Shown here in pieces: positions 49,708 through 62,700 of a DNA stretch of 64,000 bases. The DNA lies in the NCBI GenBank assembly GCA_965649825.1, contig OZ287697.1:2032351-2096350 (forward strand). Reading direction: 5' to 3'. This DNA comes from Penicillus capitatus. Its lineage: Eukaryota > Plantae > Chlorophyta. Under the pieces are notes generated by a model. The model saw nothing but the letters and a program-made list of their open reading frames with translations. It was not told the origin of the DNA and made no database searches. Each line of letters begins with the position of its first letter. Position 1 is the first letter of the stretch. The translations under genes were made by a program, and so were the position numbers.

Positions 49708-49837
49708 GTAAGCGAACATCAATTCTATCATCGCGTTCATGCAGCTCGGAGTCGGTTGGGTCAGGTGCCCGTGGAGGTCGGGGTATGTCAATTCTTTGCT
49801 CCGGAATAGGCGAAGAAGGTTGTGCTGCTAGCTTCAT
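49708..49837 (-). pseudogene. EamA/DMT transporter, 5' part of exon 1
   Basis: ATG at 49837 (MKLAAQPSSP...DVRL) continues in frame as PSLQEASLPEP at 44959 across the TSD. Confidence 0.75.
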
Positions 49838-50395
49838 TCTGAGATTTACACGACGGCGACACTTTGCAGTGGCCGCTTGGCCGATAGCTATACTTATAGT
49901 TCATATTTAGGTCACATGGCCGATGGCTGTAGTTGTAGTTCATATTTAGGATAACGTGCCGCACGAAGTTGACGAAAATAGGAGCAGACAAGTGCTGCTG
50001 ACGCAGCATCCTGCCGGGAAAAACTACTACGCGTGCATCAATCACCTCTGCCGTTTTGAACCTGAAATGGCGGGGCGTTTCCGCAGGGGCACTGACAGAC
50101 AACGCCATCTTCAAAGACAAATCATCTTTTTGAAGAACACAAAATCTGACGGTACTTCTTTCACCATCCATTGCTTTGGCAAAGTACTTGCTAGATGAGA
50201 AGAGCGGACATGGATGTTATATCGACGGCTTCATTTTAGGTTCTAGGCCGGATGGACACTGAATCGACACCTACGCTCTTGATGTGCTTGTTGAACTGAT
50301 CCCTACAAGGAACGTCGGTACATCCAAAACGTGCTTCACGACAGGGACTTCGAATCCGTACCCCGAAGAGTTACACTTACGATTACCTCACAACC

Positions 50396-51667
50396 ATGGA
50401 AGACTACTTCGACACGTCGCAGATCAACATCGTGTTCCGAGACTCCGTCGACTACACAGACCCTCAAGACTTTGAAGCGGCCAGGCAGTCGGAGTACGAA
50501 TACGTTGATGGAGGATACCGAACAGAGGAGCGGCTGATGTCGCAGTCGTGGATGGATTTCTACACGCAGTATGTCGAAGCGAAGTTCTGCTCGAACGAGA
50601 TCTGCATGGACGAAGTGCACTGGTACTACGATGGCTTCTCCTCTGCCGATTTTGCGCATCCGTCGAAGAACATCTGCGCCGGCGTCGCGTCAGCCGAAGA
50701 GTGTGAGCAGAGGTGCGAGACGCATTGTCCGCAGGAGGCAGTCGGAATGAGAGAACGGTGCCAGTACAAAAAGGACTCGATGGAATGCTACTGCCCTTAT
50801 CGGCCAATGCTGACACAGCGCAACTTCTACGAGAACCCCGAAGGCTTTGACAGCAAGATCGAGAGCTACTGGGTGGATTTCCTGAACAACACGGCGACCG
50901 GACGTGCATCCAGAGTCTTCATCAACCTGGACGAGGAGACGACGACGGAGAGAAACACCTTCGGCACGCCAAAGGGCACGCGGTCGTACGTCTATGCCAG
51001 AGGCCTCACGAGCGTGCCCAGTCAACTGGACCACCTCCAGGAGGGACGCGACATCCTCGATCGACAGTCGATCGAGGTCTATCCGTTCGACTACGTGGTG
51101 TATGCCATCGGCGAGCAGTACGAAGACCTGGCGTTGAAGACGGTAGAGGCGATAGGCATCTCCATGGCTGTCGCGACGGTCGTCATGCTGCCCCTCATCG
51201 TCAACGTCTTTGCCGCGCTCATCGTGTCTGTCTGCGTGCTGCTCTCTGTTCTGCTGACGGTTGGAATGACCAGTTGGACTGTTATCGATCTGGAATACTC
51301 TGCCTACGTTGCTTTCATTGTGACGGTTGGGTTGTCCGTGGAGTTCTGTGCGCACATTGCTCGAGATTTCATGTTGGCCGAGGGGGATCGTCTCACACGT
51401 TCTATACACGCGCTCCAGACTATGGGCATTGCAGTATTCAATGGCGGCGTTACGACTTTTCTCGGAATTCTGCCCTCTGCTCTTTCAGATTATCCAGCCA
51501 TTAGAAATCGTTTGTTCGTTCAGTATTCCATTTCCACTATCGCCGGCATGTTTACGGGCCTGCTCCTCCTGCCGACCATCCTGTCCCTGATTGGACCTCC
51601 GTCCTCCTCCCCCGAGGAACCGAATAAAGATGCCAAGGATCCGCAGAAAGGAGCGGCACAGCCCTGA
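50396..51667 (+). CDS. Duplicated C-terminal third of the NPC1/Patched-like gene (423-aa ORF with its own ATG)
   Basis: 12 codon differences from copy 1; TCG->ATG supplies the start; expression unknown. Confidence 0.5.
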   Translation: MEDYFDTSQINIVFRDSVDYTDPQDFEAARQSEYEYVDGGYRTEERLMSQSWMDFYTQYVEAKFCSNEICMDEVHWYYDGFSSADFAHPSKNICAGVASAEECEQRCETHCPQEAVGMRERCQYKKDSMECYCPYRPMLTQRNFYENPEGFDSKIESYWVDFLNNTATGRASRVFINLDEETTTERNTFGTPKGTRSYVYARGLTSVPSQLDHLQEGRDILDRQSIEVYPFDYVVYAIGEQYEDLALKTVEAIGISMAVATVVMLPLIVNVFAALIVSVCVLLSVLLTVGMTSWTVIDLEYSAYVAFIVTVGLSVEFCAHIARDFMLAEGDRLTRSIHALQTMGIAVFNGGVTTFLGILPSALSDYPAIRNRLFVQYSISTIAGMFTGLLLLPTILSLIGPPSSSPEEPNKDAKDPQKGAAQP

Positions 51668-52245
51668 TGAATGTACAGATATCATTGGGGCGCATCTTGT
51701 TATTCTTTGTTGTTGTGTTCCTTTTGCGAGTCAGTGCGTTCGCTCTGATGTGTTTTGCCATGAGTGTTTTTTTATTGCATGTGGTATGGGAGACATAAAC
51801 AATGATGAATGATAAACGATAACGACCGACGTGAGTTACGTTCGTTGATCCATGTGTCGACGTTCGTTAGAACACGCGACATCGTCGTGCCAAGAACAAG
51901 CCGCCGTACATATTCAACATTCAATCTGTCATATCTGAACTCTGCCATTGTAATGACTTTGTGTGTTATGATATTCCTTTAACCGAACAATCATGTCTCA
52001 TCGTCTCGGCAGAAATTCAACAGGTACTGACGATGGAGAATTCACAACACGCAGCCGATACGTAATGTCGAACATAGATGTTGCACTCAATATGTCCGAC
52101 GGAGCCTGCTGTGCTTACAGCTGTGCTCACTATCACTCTTTCACTGACAGCTATGCTCACTCTGTCACTCTCTCACTCGCAGCCAGAAACAACACTTCTG
52201 TCGCGGAACTGTGGTCATAGCCGGAGTTAATATGGTGTCACACTT

Positions 52246-53906
52246 TCAGTAACTTCTATTACAAGTTAAAAACTGTACATATGACAATGCACAAGATTTA
52301 TTGAAAGTCTGAATGGAGTCTAGCAATTTCCGGCGGATTTCTTCTGTCACTCCAGGTATGTCTCTAAACGCAAGTCACACACCAGAAGGTGATCAACTTG
52401 GACAGATAGACAGAAAAAGGCTTACGTGGTGATGTCTATGGTTCTCCAGCTATCCGCATCTCCATCTTTCTCCCTTAGTTTGCAGCGTTCCTTGATCTCT
52501 GCAAAATCCGGCTCGGGAGAATTTTTCCTTAGATTTCCAAAGACATGACAGGCTGCCTCTGGAGATGATGACCAAATCAACCTGCAGAACACAAAACAAA
52601 CTCTGTCATGTTATTTAAGAAGCATCATTGTAGATTACCCGTAGGTTGGAAAATGATGCATCAATAAGAAAAGACGGGAAACAATACTTTTAGATGAGAT
52701 CGGCACAATGAGATCATCATCTAACAGGGGCATCCGCCTCCCATTCAACTCGATGTGCAGCATCGGGGTCTTGAATCTCTTCTTCATGGCGGCCATTTGC
52801 TTGAAGATTCTCTTCGAGTTGAATGACCCGTGAAAATCTGTCACCGTTTTCCTCTCGATGACGATGTCCGGGGTCAATACATAGTCCCCCACCTACCGTA
52901 TTTCTTTTTATGTTTTTGTGATGTTTATTACTCATTGTCTTACCTTCAGAGTCGATGCTCGGAGCCTAAAGTTTGCATAATCTAGTGCGGCTGGGAGTAT
53001 GGCTCTAAACTCGCGGATGTCAATGACAACCTCCCCTCGCCTCACAACGTCCTATCATGGCAGATTCTCTTTTCTAGCACATATTTTGATATGTGAGTGA
53101 TGCATTACCAAGTGCAGATCGAATCGTCTTTTGATGTCTAGAGAGAGGAGAATGTACTCCTTGTTGTCCTCTATGTCCTTAAAGACATTCTCCTCTCTCT
53201 CTGCTGCATCCGTCATCATCATCTCAATGTCGATGTCGGCCACCACCGATGCCCGAGAACGTAGCCAAAGGGAGAGCTGCCGAAGATGCAACAACTCCAT
53301 GACCCCCTTTGCCTAAATCTCACACATTTAACAAAATTTTTCACACTGCTAAACAAAACCTTGGTGAATCCTGCTTCATTTGAAGCAGGATTGTTGCTAA
53401 TCAGATGAACAAACCCTTGAGGGTTGCCTCGATGGAAGAGGCGCAAAGAAAATTCGATGCCGGAGTGTCGGAACACCTCTACTGGATCGAAAAATAAGAT
53501 CCCAGCAAACGCGCCAGGATTGATCTCGTGCTCCAAGAAGTCGATTAGCAGAATGAGTGTGGTCACGAAACACACACTCCCTTTTTGGTAATGCTCATGT
53601 CGCTTCTTCTGCGACATTTTGTCCTTGCTGAGATCGACCGGTTTTGATCCCGAGGGATCTTGGCGGCCGATCTCATTGCTCAGAGCTTCTTTCGTTGACT
53701 CTGAGCAACCAACGAGAAGCACAGCCCCTCGTTTCCTTGATGGCATGGGTGCGGAGAAAGGCCTTGACGGGTTTTGTCCACCCGATGCCGGAGCCAACAA
53801 CGAAAGGATAGCTCGGAAAAACTGCTCCTGCGGGATTTGCCGCCAATGACACCGCACACAACTCCTTCGCACAACTGAACCGAAACTCACGGAATTCTTC
53901 TGCCAT
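52246..53906 (-). pseudogene. XPF: XPF-like, copy 2
   Basis: Same as 37460-39120, shifted by 14,786. Confidence 0.8.
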
Positions 53907-55889
53907 GTGTTTTTACCTTTACGAATGCATAGAGGAGTAGTGTGAGGACGGCGCAGATGAGGAGATCGGGAGATCGTTAAAGATCTGCGCTTATTTTATC
54001 GCGTCCAATGACAAAGGCTCCAGAGATCAGATCCAAGGCGTCTTGTTTTCTGCCGTCCTCAAAGTTGTTGAGGTAGTAACGTGTGACACTCTTGATACCG
54101 TCGTCGATCAGTCCCCCTACGGAACGCTTTCCTGTGCGAGTGAAACCACTCTCTAGCGCTCCCGTTCCACTATATTGAAGGGAGATTTCGTCTCCGTGAT
54201 CTGCCCAGATCACTTTGAACTGGGCCTCGACCTGCATAAACACAAAGCTATGGACGACATGACAGCAGATGGCGCTGTATCTGACACGAGGGAAAGATGC
54301 TGGCAGAGATGCTTGGACCCCAAGTAGATGCGCTTTCTCGAGAAAGGACTCCAAGGCATAACGGCCAAACACAGTTTGCACGACGTTGGTGCGATCAAGG
54401 CAATCGACACAATTGGTGCGAACGATGCCGTCTTGAACAGATGTTGCTCGGCCCTCCTCCTGTCATGCACTTGTGTTCGCACACGAAATCGGACGAGGAT
54501 AGAGATACCATAACGAACAGGCCAAAGCGATCCGGATCTGCTCGGATTCTGTCGAAGAGGATGTAGATACGATGATATCGAGTCGTTCCACATTCTTCAC
54601 TGAAATCAGAATTGTTGAGACGGAAGCCGTCTTTCGTCCTTGAGAAACGCCGAGCGGAATTTTCGGATGCACTTGTCAAGGAACCCTCAGATCCGGTGGC
54701 GCGTGCCAAATTCGCCGCAACGCATTCCTGTCCAACAACATCTCTGCATCCCATCCCCCACGACACAGGCCTTGTTGCTCACTGTGTGCGTATGGAGAAG
54801 GTCATCGACGTGAACGTCGAAGGCATGTGTGTAGTCCATCTCTCTCCCGAGACGCGTGGGTGGCTCGTGCTTGAGTTCGGAATGCTCGTCCAAAACGCGG
54901 GGATCGATCCTCGCAGCTGAATGAACGAACACACATGTCCATTCGACAGACACAGAAGCTGTTCTGTCTCGACGGAATCTGCCACGGATCCCTGACATCA
55001 ACACATACAGGTTCGTGAGGCGTAGACGCGAAGAAGCACTTGGAGATCGGCGCCCCTTCTCCAGCTGCGCGTGCCCAGGCGTCTCACCGAACGACGTGCC
55101 ACAATCGTCAACTTCCCGGTTACTCGGTGCGAGAATTCCGAATCCGTCAGCTCCTGTACGAAGCGTTGAATGACAGGTAACACAAATCCATGTGCTCTCG
55201 GCTCTACACCGCCGACATCTGGACATCCTCGCGGAAAGGGATGTGCATTACGTGTGACGGGTTCCATCACATGGCGATTCCAGGAGAAGCGGGTGTCTTC
55301 CAGTCCCCACGACCCTCCTCCTCTTTCGTTGCCGACGGCCGCCTGTCGCTCAGTGCTCGGCGTCAGTCGGATTCAGCTGCTGAAGCACAGTCCTCTTCCG
55401 GCTTGTTTGGGATCCACTGCCGATCTCGCCAATTCGATGTGGCTACGCACAGGGGCTCGCACAAATCACGCGTCCACACATCTACGCACGCACTTGGCAT
55501 CTTCTGGTGGAAAACGTCCCCTGGGAAGATGCAGTTCTGTCTGAACCACTCGGTAAACTGGGGAGCCATGCACCGTTGCGACCTGCAGGACAAACAAAGG
55601 CTGTCGCCGTCCGGTCTGCGTGAGCAGGCGAGTGCACTTGTTTCGCTTCCTTGATGGTGACGAGGACCGTTGCTTTGGCAAGGAGAAGCATTCCCAGAAG
55701 TCCAGGGAACGCGATGCAGCTACGAAGGAAACGCGGCCGCGTCGACGCTTCGGCTGTGCCGGTTCGGAGGTCGATCTCCAGCGTCTCGACGCATTCCCCT
55801 GTCGAGCGGAAAGGCTGAAGGACGACGACGTCGCCCGTTCTCCTGAGGGCGACGCCAACGAAGGCGTTCGTTATTGCGGTCTCAGTCAT
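53887..55889 (-). pseudogene. SAC1: SAC1 pseudogene, copy 2
   Basis: Same lesions as copy 1. Confidence 0.85.
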
Positions 55890-58623
55890 GGCGCTTCTTC
55901 GCGTCTTCGACTCGACGCTGCGACACCTGTGGTCTCGCGCGCCGCAGCGTCGAGCTGTGCTGTCGAAGGTGTTGGCGGCGAGACCGGTCGCGCCGAGAGA
56001 GATTCCGAGCGCGGCCTACAGAAAGAAGTGTCTGCTGGGGTGTGGGAAACGGTCGTCGACTGCAAACCTGAAGGCGAAATTGACGAGACGCTGGTTGCAA
56101 AGATGGCGTGCATTTACAATGATGGAAAACTGACGACGCCGACGAATCCTAGACTCTGGACGGGACGGATGTGACATTGCAGAAGACGGTGGACACTGAG
56201 AAGCATTGTCTTTGTGCTCTTTCATCTTGGGAGCGCGCGTCTCGCTAAAAACTGTCCCGCATTCACTAGAGAAGCCGAATTGAGTATGGCGGACGGGAAC
56301 GCTGACTGGTGATGTGACCAACGGCCAAATGACGCACGGTGAGAGGTTGTCCACGTAAAGCAATTCGAGGCGCAATGACCTCCGACTTTTCCGTTTTAGT
56401 GTTTCGGTGCGGAATGTGCTCGAAAGAGACATCATGGCAGTCGTGACGCGTCTGCTGAGGCGAATTCCGACAGTTGTCGCCCGTTCCAGTGACAGCGACA
56501 ATCACAGACGGGCAGACGACGAGCGGTTTTCGTTACCTGAGCGATCAACGCAGTCGCTGTCTTCTGACACTCGCTTGCCCTTATGACGCGACGCATCCCT
56601 TGATGTTCCGAACAGGCAAGCGCCTATCAGATCGATGAAAGTAAGCAACATATTTCGTCTCTCATCGAGACTCCGTTGTCTGTTGGGGACATGGAGCCGA
56701 CGACAGACCAGACAGGCACCAGGTTTCGCCGCTATCTTCGTAAGATGCTTCTTCTTGCCGACACGTGTTGCTGAGAGCCGTTTCTTGTCGGCGGATGCAC
56801 CGCCGACCGATCTCCGTATTGCCAAACACAGTCGGAAATGGCCAATCTCCGAATGCTGTTCTGTGTTGCAGATCAAGGGCATGGTATCGGGCGGTGGACC
56901 GGAGAGATTCCTTCGGAGCAGGCCAGTCATCCGTCTGCATGGCATTGTATGAAGCTCTGCCGCGAAGGATACGGTGAGTCATTCTCGCCTTTTGTTGGGC
57001 GAACCCGCAACTTTCAGGGTGCATGCCGTGTAAGAAGTACTATGGTCGACTGTTGCGTTTTGTCTGACCACTCCTGAGGATTCCCATATCGATAACAAAT
57101 TTACCTCTCGCTGCATAGAGCATCCGTCCAGTGGTTGTTGTTCAAGGTGCGCATTTTTGCTGTTCGGCGCGCTGAATTGTTCTGACGAGTTGTCAAACAC
57201 TCTCAACGTTGTCGTCTCATAATCTGAATTTTAGAGAACATGTTGGCTGCAATAGTAGACTCCGTTTGGCAGGACACCGCCATGGATCTAACCACCTGCA
57301 TATCGCACAGAGAGAGGTAATGGATAGACTCTACAGAAGCAGATTTCGCATTCTTGCGTCTTAAAGGGATCGATGTAGCACATTTTAATTTAGCTCTGCA
57401 TATCGCGCTGCTCTCTTTCGTCAGTGTCCGCTTGTGTGCGGGAGAGACTATCGTCGGGCGCGAGCATGCGTGGTACCTTTACGCTTCGCGAGCAAAGTTG
57501 ACTCAACTTTTGAGCAACGCGTCCGAATAAATGCATCTGTCAAAAAGCGTCAACCACATCGCCTTTTGTAAATGTATGCCGCCCATTATCGGCATGTAGA
57601 ATATCACAACAACGTGTTCTGAAAAAAGAGTCCGACTTCGTCGGTCTATAGGAAACCTCTTCTTACGTGGTATTTGCTATAAACTGGTTTTCTAGATTTA
57701 CAAAAAAGCAGGCCATTCATTCATCGTTCTATCATCCAACTAATGTGTTGAATAGAAACGGTAGGCTGCACCTGTTCTGTCGTTTTGATTGTACAGAGGG
57801 AGTTGGGAAAAAGAGGCAAGAAATCAACAGGGCACTTCAACTTTGGACGGCGCCAATGCTAGGCGTTCAAAGCTCTCGTTGTTCGCCCCGGAGTTCACTC
57901 GGAGGTAATAACTCCGGCATCATCTACAAGCAATATGTTGTGACAACGTCTCCGCAATGCACCGCTTTGCGTTGAGAGAAGAGCCAGAATCATTATTCCC
58001 ACATCCAGCACTTCAAGGGCACGCTTTGACGCTTTCGCTTTCACAAATAGGCTACTTTGTGCCGCGATAACGCACTCTTCTCTCTCGAAACTCGAACGAT
58101 CGTCATCATTTACACCTCTCGTCTCTGTAACCGAGCAGATTCTTTCCGGGATGACGAATTGCATAGAGAGGATGTTGGCAATGAGCTGACTGTCGCGTGT
58201 ATGACGTGCGGGATCGAGAGGAGCCTGTGGCATCATGCCCGAAACATTGGCCTACTGCCGAGATCTTTTTTACACTTGACCGAAGTTTGGTCGCGGTGCT
58301 GTGGAGCATATGAATTCCTGCTTTCTGTAAAAGAGATTCTAAATCGGCAGATAGGAACGTTTCATAAGTCAACAAAAATTTGGAATGAAATTGCACTTGT
58401 CACAGGAAACCGCATATCTTCCAAGAACTTCAGGACTGAGAGTTGAACATTGGAATAACTGCAAAATACTTGCACCATCTGGAGTTCCGGCACAGAGTTA
58501 AGCACGGTATCGATGTGGACTTGGTCATTCTTGATGAAAACACACGTCAAGAACGGAAACGATAGCTTGGATAATGAAATAATAAAAGGGCTTCTATCAC
58601 CACGGTTTAGGACAACGTGATGT

Positions 58624-59750
58624 TCACGTCTTGGTCACTCTGGCACGATCTCTGCTATAGATGACAAGGATAATGGAACAGATCAGCAGAGATCCTCCAA
58701 CTGCAAGCTGGAGGCTGATCTCTTCTGCAAAGAAAATGACGCCGCCGCACACAATCATCATAACACTTGATGATGAGGCCATGGCAGCCTTGATAGAAGG
58801 ACCAATCTGAAACGCACGGACGATGAAGACATGATTCACGCTACCACAGGCCGTCAAGATGTACAGACCGATGTGTTTGAGAGAAGGTGTCCAATCAATC
58901 TTCTCTGGATAGCCGATGGTGAGGAAAGGAACTGCAAAAAGAGCGAGAAGAACTGTCGAGTGATTCGCAATCACGACGGATGGAATGCTTCTGTCGATTT
59001 TCCTGCAAAAGACAAAAGATGCAGTCTGTTTTGGATAATGGTTGCTTTACCCGACAAGGAGGAAGCTTGTGGCTATAAAAAGGACAGATAAGAAAGCACA
59101 GACCAGGCCACCGATGCGCTCGATGTCCCATACGAGAGAATCTTCATCCTCAACAAGAAACGGTGGACGTGCGATGAGTACATTTGCACCAATCGATCCA
59201 ACAATGCCAATCCAGGAGTACAAGTCGATGGATTCAGTTCGGAACATCCACGCCATAAAAGCGAGCATTGCTGTACAAACACGCATTCGTTCGCACACAT
59301 AAGTACTTGTGAATGACCTGGATAGGTCCCGTTCAGAAGAGCGGCCTCCGACAGTGTAATGAGAACAGAGGAGACCAAAGCAAAGAACAATCCCAGTGCA
59401 GCAAACATTCCACGTAGCACGATCCATTTCATATTGCGATCCAACTGACCGATGATGAAGCCTGTTTGGTAGTATCCAAGTGGCACCAAGACTGGCAATG
59501 CCAAAGTTCCACGAGCGAAGATGGCTTGGAAGACAGACGCGTCGTCATTAGAGAGCTCCTTCGTGGCGACGACGTCCGCCGATAAAAACAAAGCGCCCAG
59601 TACGGCACAGCCGATGCAGCTGTCCCATATCAAACTGCATCACGTCGTCTCTCTAGTGCGTTGCATTCGTCGAAGGACGGAACATACCTGACAGCCCTGG
59701 AAATAATAGAGGGTGGCTCAGGTAGTGACGCCTCCTGTAAAGATGGTAAG
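58624..59750 (-). pseudogene. EamA/DMT transporter 3' portion, copy 2
   Basis: Same as 43838-44964. Confidence 0.8.
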
Positions 59751-62700
59751 TTTCGCTTTTTGTTTGGTGTAAACAGAAGCTTAAAAGGGAACGTCAGATA
59801 CAAATAACCTAATGCTGTTTCTTTAATTTATATCGATGATGTGACCCTTATTAGTCACCGTCCATGTCGTTCAGCACTCTATCCCGACACGCTTCCAGCT
59901 GCGCTGTAGTCATATGAGGGACTTGTCTCAGTTGATCGTCGTGAACCTTATAGACTTTCCCAAAAAGTAAACCCTCTACTAGCCATAGGCTGTTTCCCAG
60001 GGCCTCCTTTACCACGCATGGCTCTTCATCCCATGGTGGGCGAAATGTGCCCGCATCAGCTTTTATTCTTGGCCTCAGCACATGATCTCCCAATTTAACT
60101 CGTTTCCTACTTCCAAACTTTTTCCTTCTCAGTTCATTCGTGTATTCCTGCCGCTTCAATGTCTTCTCCATTGCTTCTTGAATCCACCTCTTCTGGACTT
60201 CATTATTTACCTTTCTTCCATTCCTCATCTCTCCATTCTTCAACTCCGCGGCACTATATCCAGTGGTCTCATTTACCGAGCGGTTCATAATGCGAGTCGC
60301 CGTGGGTAGAACCTTCCTCCACTCCCAAGGATTCTTTGCCATCCTCTTTAGTCTCCCCTTGAGCACCCCTATCTGTCTCTCACACATCCCATTTGACTGA
60401 GGCATGTAACTGGCCGTCAGTCGCTGCACAGTCTTGTTCCTTTCACACCAACTCCTCACTTCCTTGGATCGCCATGTTTGAGCATTGTCTGACACGAGCA
60501 TTTTGATCTTGCCATTTTTCTGTCTCCACTTTCCTAATGCTCTTACTGCCACTTCGCTGCTTGGGGCAGTACAAGCCCATGCTTCGACCCATCGTGAGAG
60601 GTAGTCCACCATCACAAGGATATATCTTGGCTCCTCTCTATCCTTAATCGGTAACGGACCAGCAAAGTCAATACCCACAGCGTCTCCAATTCCAGTTGCC
60701 GTTGTGATTCCCAAATCCACTCTGTGTTGTACCTGTCCCCACATCTGACAAGTCCAACAATTCGCCACATATTCTTGAACATCTCTTTCCATCCCTCTCC
60801 ACTTCGGGCCCCCATCTCTTTTTAAATTTAGTACTGTTTTCTTTACTCCCCAGTGGCCTTCATGCGCCGCTTGCAATCTTTTCCTTTGCCCTTTATACTC
60901 TCCGCCTTGTATAACATTTAGGTCCACTTCCTTCCGCTGTGCTAAAGTGGGCCAACGGGAAAGACAGTCAGCGAGAAAGTTATCCGAAGACGGCAAGAAA
61001 TGCAAGAACAGTCGGGTGTGTAGAGGAAAATTAGACCACAGCCATCCCAGGCGGCGACCCACACGTAGATCAGAACGTGATTTGTACCAAACATCCCGAG
61101 CCTGGAGTTTTTGTAACGCGCTGAGTGAGTCTGTATATAAATGAACAGGGCAGCCGACAGTAAGGGGAAGAGTGTCTTGCAGACACCAAATAATAGCGTC
61201 AAGCTCACCAAGAAAAGAGCTGACAGGATAGCCATGAAGACTACGCGAGTTAGTAGCAATGATGCGGCGTTGTGAACGATGACCCGCATAGAGAAGATAG
61301 CCAGCTCCGGCTCCCGACCAATCAACTTCAAGATGAAAACTTGGGGATGCGACACAACGGAGGAAATTCAGCGAATTGCGAATTAACCGGGCAGCTACAG
61401 CACGGATGAGATTTTGAACTTCTGACCAATCAATGAAGTGGACTTGTTTATGAAGAAGGGAGTAAAGAGGTGCAAGAGCAATTCCCAAGCCAGGGCAATT
61501 GCCGCGACAAGCAGTAAAAATTCCCAATACACGCTGTAATTCCTTACGAGATCGAACCAGCGGCAACTGTGCAAGTTGTTGTGAGATAAAATTGCGCTGA
61601 TGATATTGATCACCCGAGAGAGAAAATCCAAGAAACTGAACCGATGGGCGGCAGAATTGGACCTTGCGCGGATTCACATGCAGACCGGCGGATTGGAGAG
61701 CGGTCAGAACAGCTTCTAAATTGCGATCATGTGAAACGCGATCCTGGCCACCAACAATAATGTCATCGAAATAAGCTAATCCAGGTAAATGGCCAAGAAT
61801 TCGGCGGATACGGTCGTTGAAGAAACCGACACTTGAGGCCCAGCCCTGAGGAAGAGTGACAAAACGGAAACGACGGCCAAAACAGGAAAAACAAAACAGG
61901 CGACTGAGGGCAGTGTCCACTGGAATATGAAAATACCCATCGCGAAGATCAAGGATGGTAAAGAAACGCCACGAAGGCTCAACAGCGCGAATAGCTGTTC
62001 GTGTGTCTAGAGTGTGCGAATTCCAGACTTCGGAATAGTGGTTCAATTTTTGAAAATTAACCACCACGCGTACACGGCCGTCAGGTTTACGAAGAAAAAT
62101 GACAGGAGAGAAAAACCCACGGTCAAAACGAGGAACTTCTTGTATAATGCCACGGGAAAGTAAGGATTCAATCTCGTGCCGCGCATGCTGGGCAGAACAA
62201 TCAGTAAAGCAAGGAGGAGCACCCGAGTCTGCAAACGGGACCGGGGACTTCCAGATCAAATCGTCAGCTCTTACTACAAGCGCACGGAGTGTAGAAGACG
62301 TCGCATAACTAGAATCATTGTCGGCAAAAAAGTACGGAAAACGAGATTGCCAAACAGAAAACGAAGGTGACGATTCCAAACCAACATCCGGGCGCTCGGA
62401 TGTGGGGGAATCCTGAGAAGTAAGTCGTAAAACGAGTTGTGGGTCATTAAGAATCCGCCCACTTCCGGAAAAGGTTCCTCGAACGACTTTCAACTTAGGG
62501 GAAAGTGTAGTGAGGCGGTCGGAGAAATTGTGAATACGGACAGAAACACGACCGTTCTTTCCGAGAATAGGATTGACCGAAACGTCTCGCAGAAAACAAC
62601 ACGAAAACAGGCCAGTAAGGCCTCCACCAAGCACACTAACCGGAAGGACTGATAAGCGACTTTCAAAAGGTGTCAGGAAAAGAGTTCGGCCGAGTTTGAG

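Larger units (their letters stand above)
35575..50360. repeat. Copy 1 of a 14,786-bp direct tandem duplication
   Basis: Every ORF recurs at +14,786 (e.g. 36118/50904, 45065/59851); identity starts at ccccgaagag (35575/50361). Confidence 0.95.

Noticed and set aside
49880-49960. Imperfect 39-bp tandem repeat (shared TAGTTCATATTTAGG) upstream of EamA
   Set aside because: Only two diverged units; most likely a local slippage duplication
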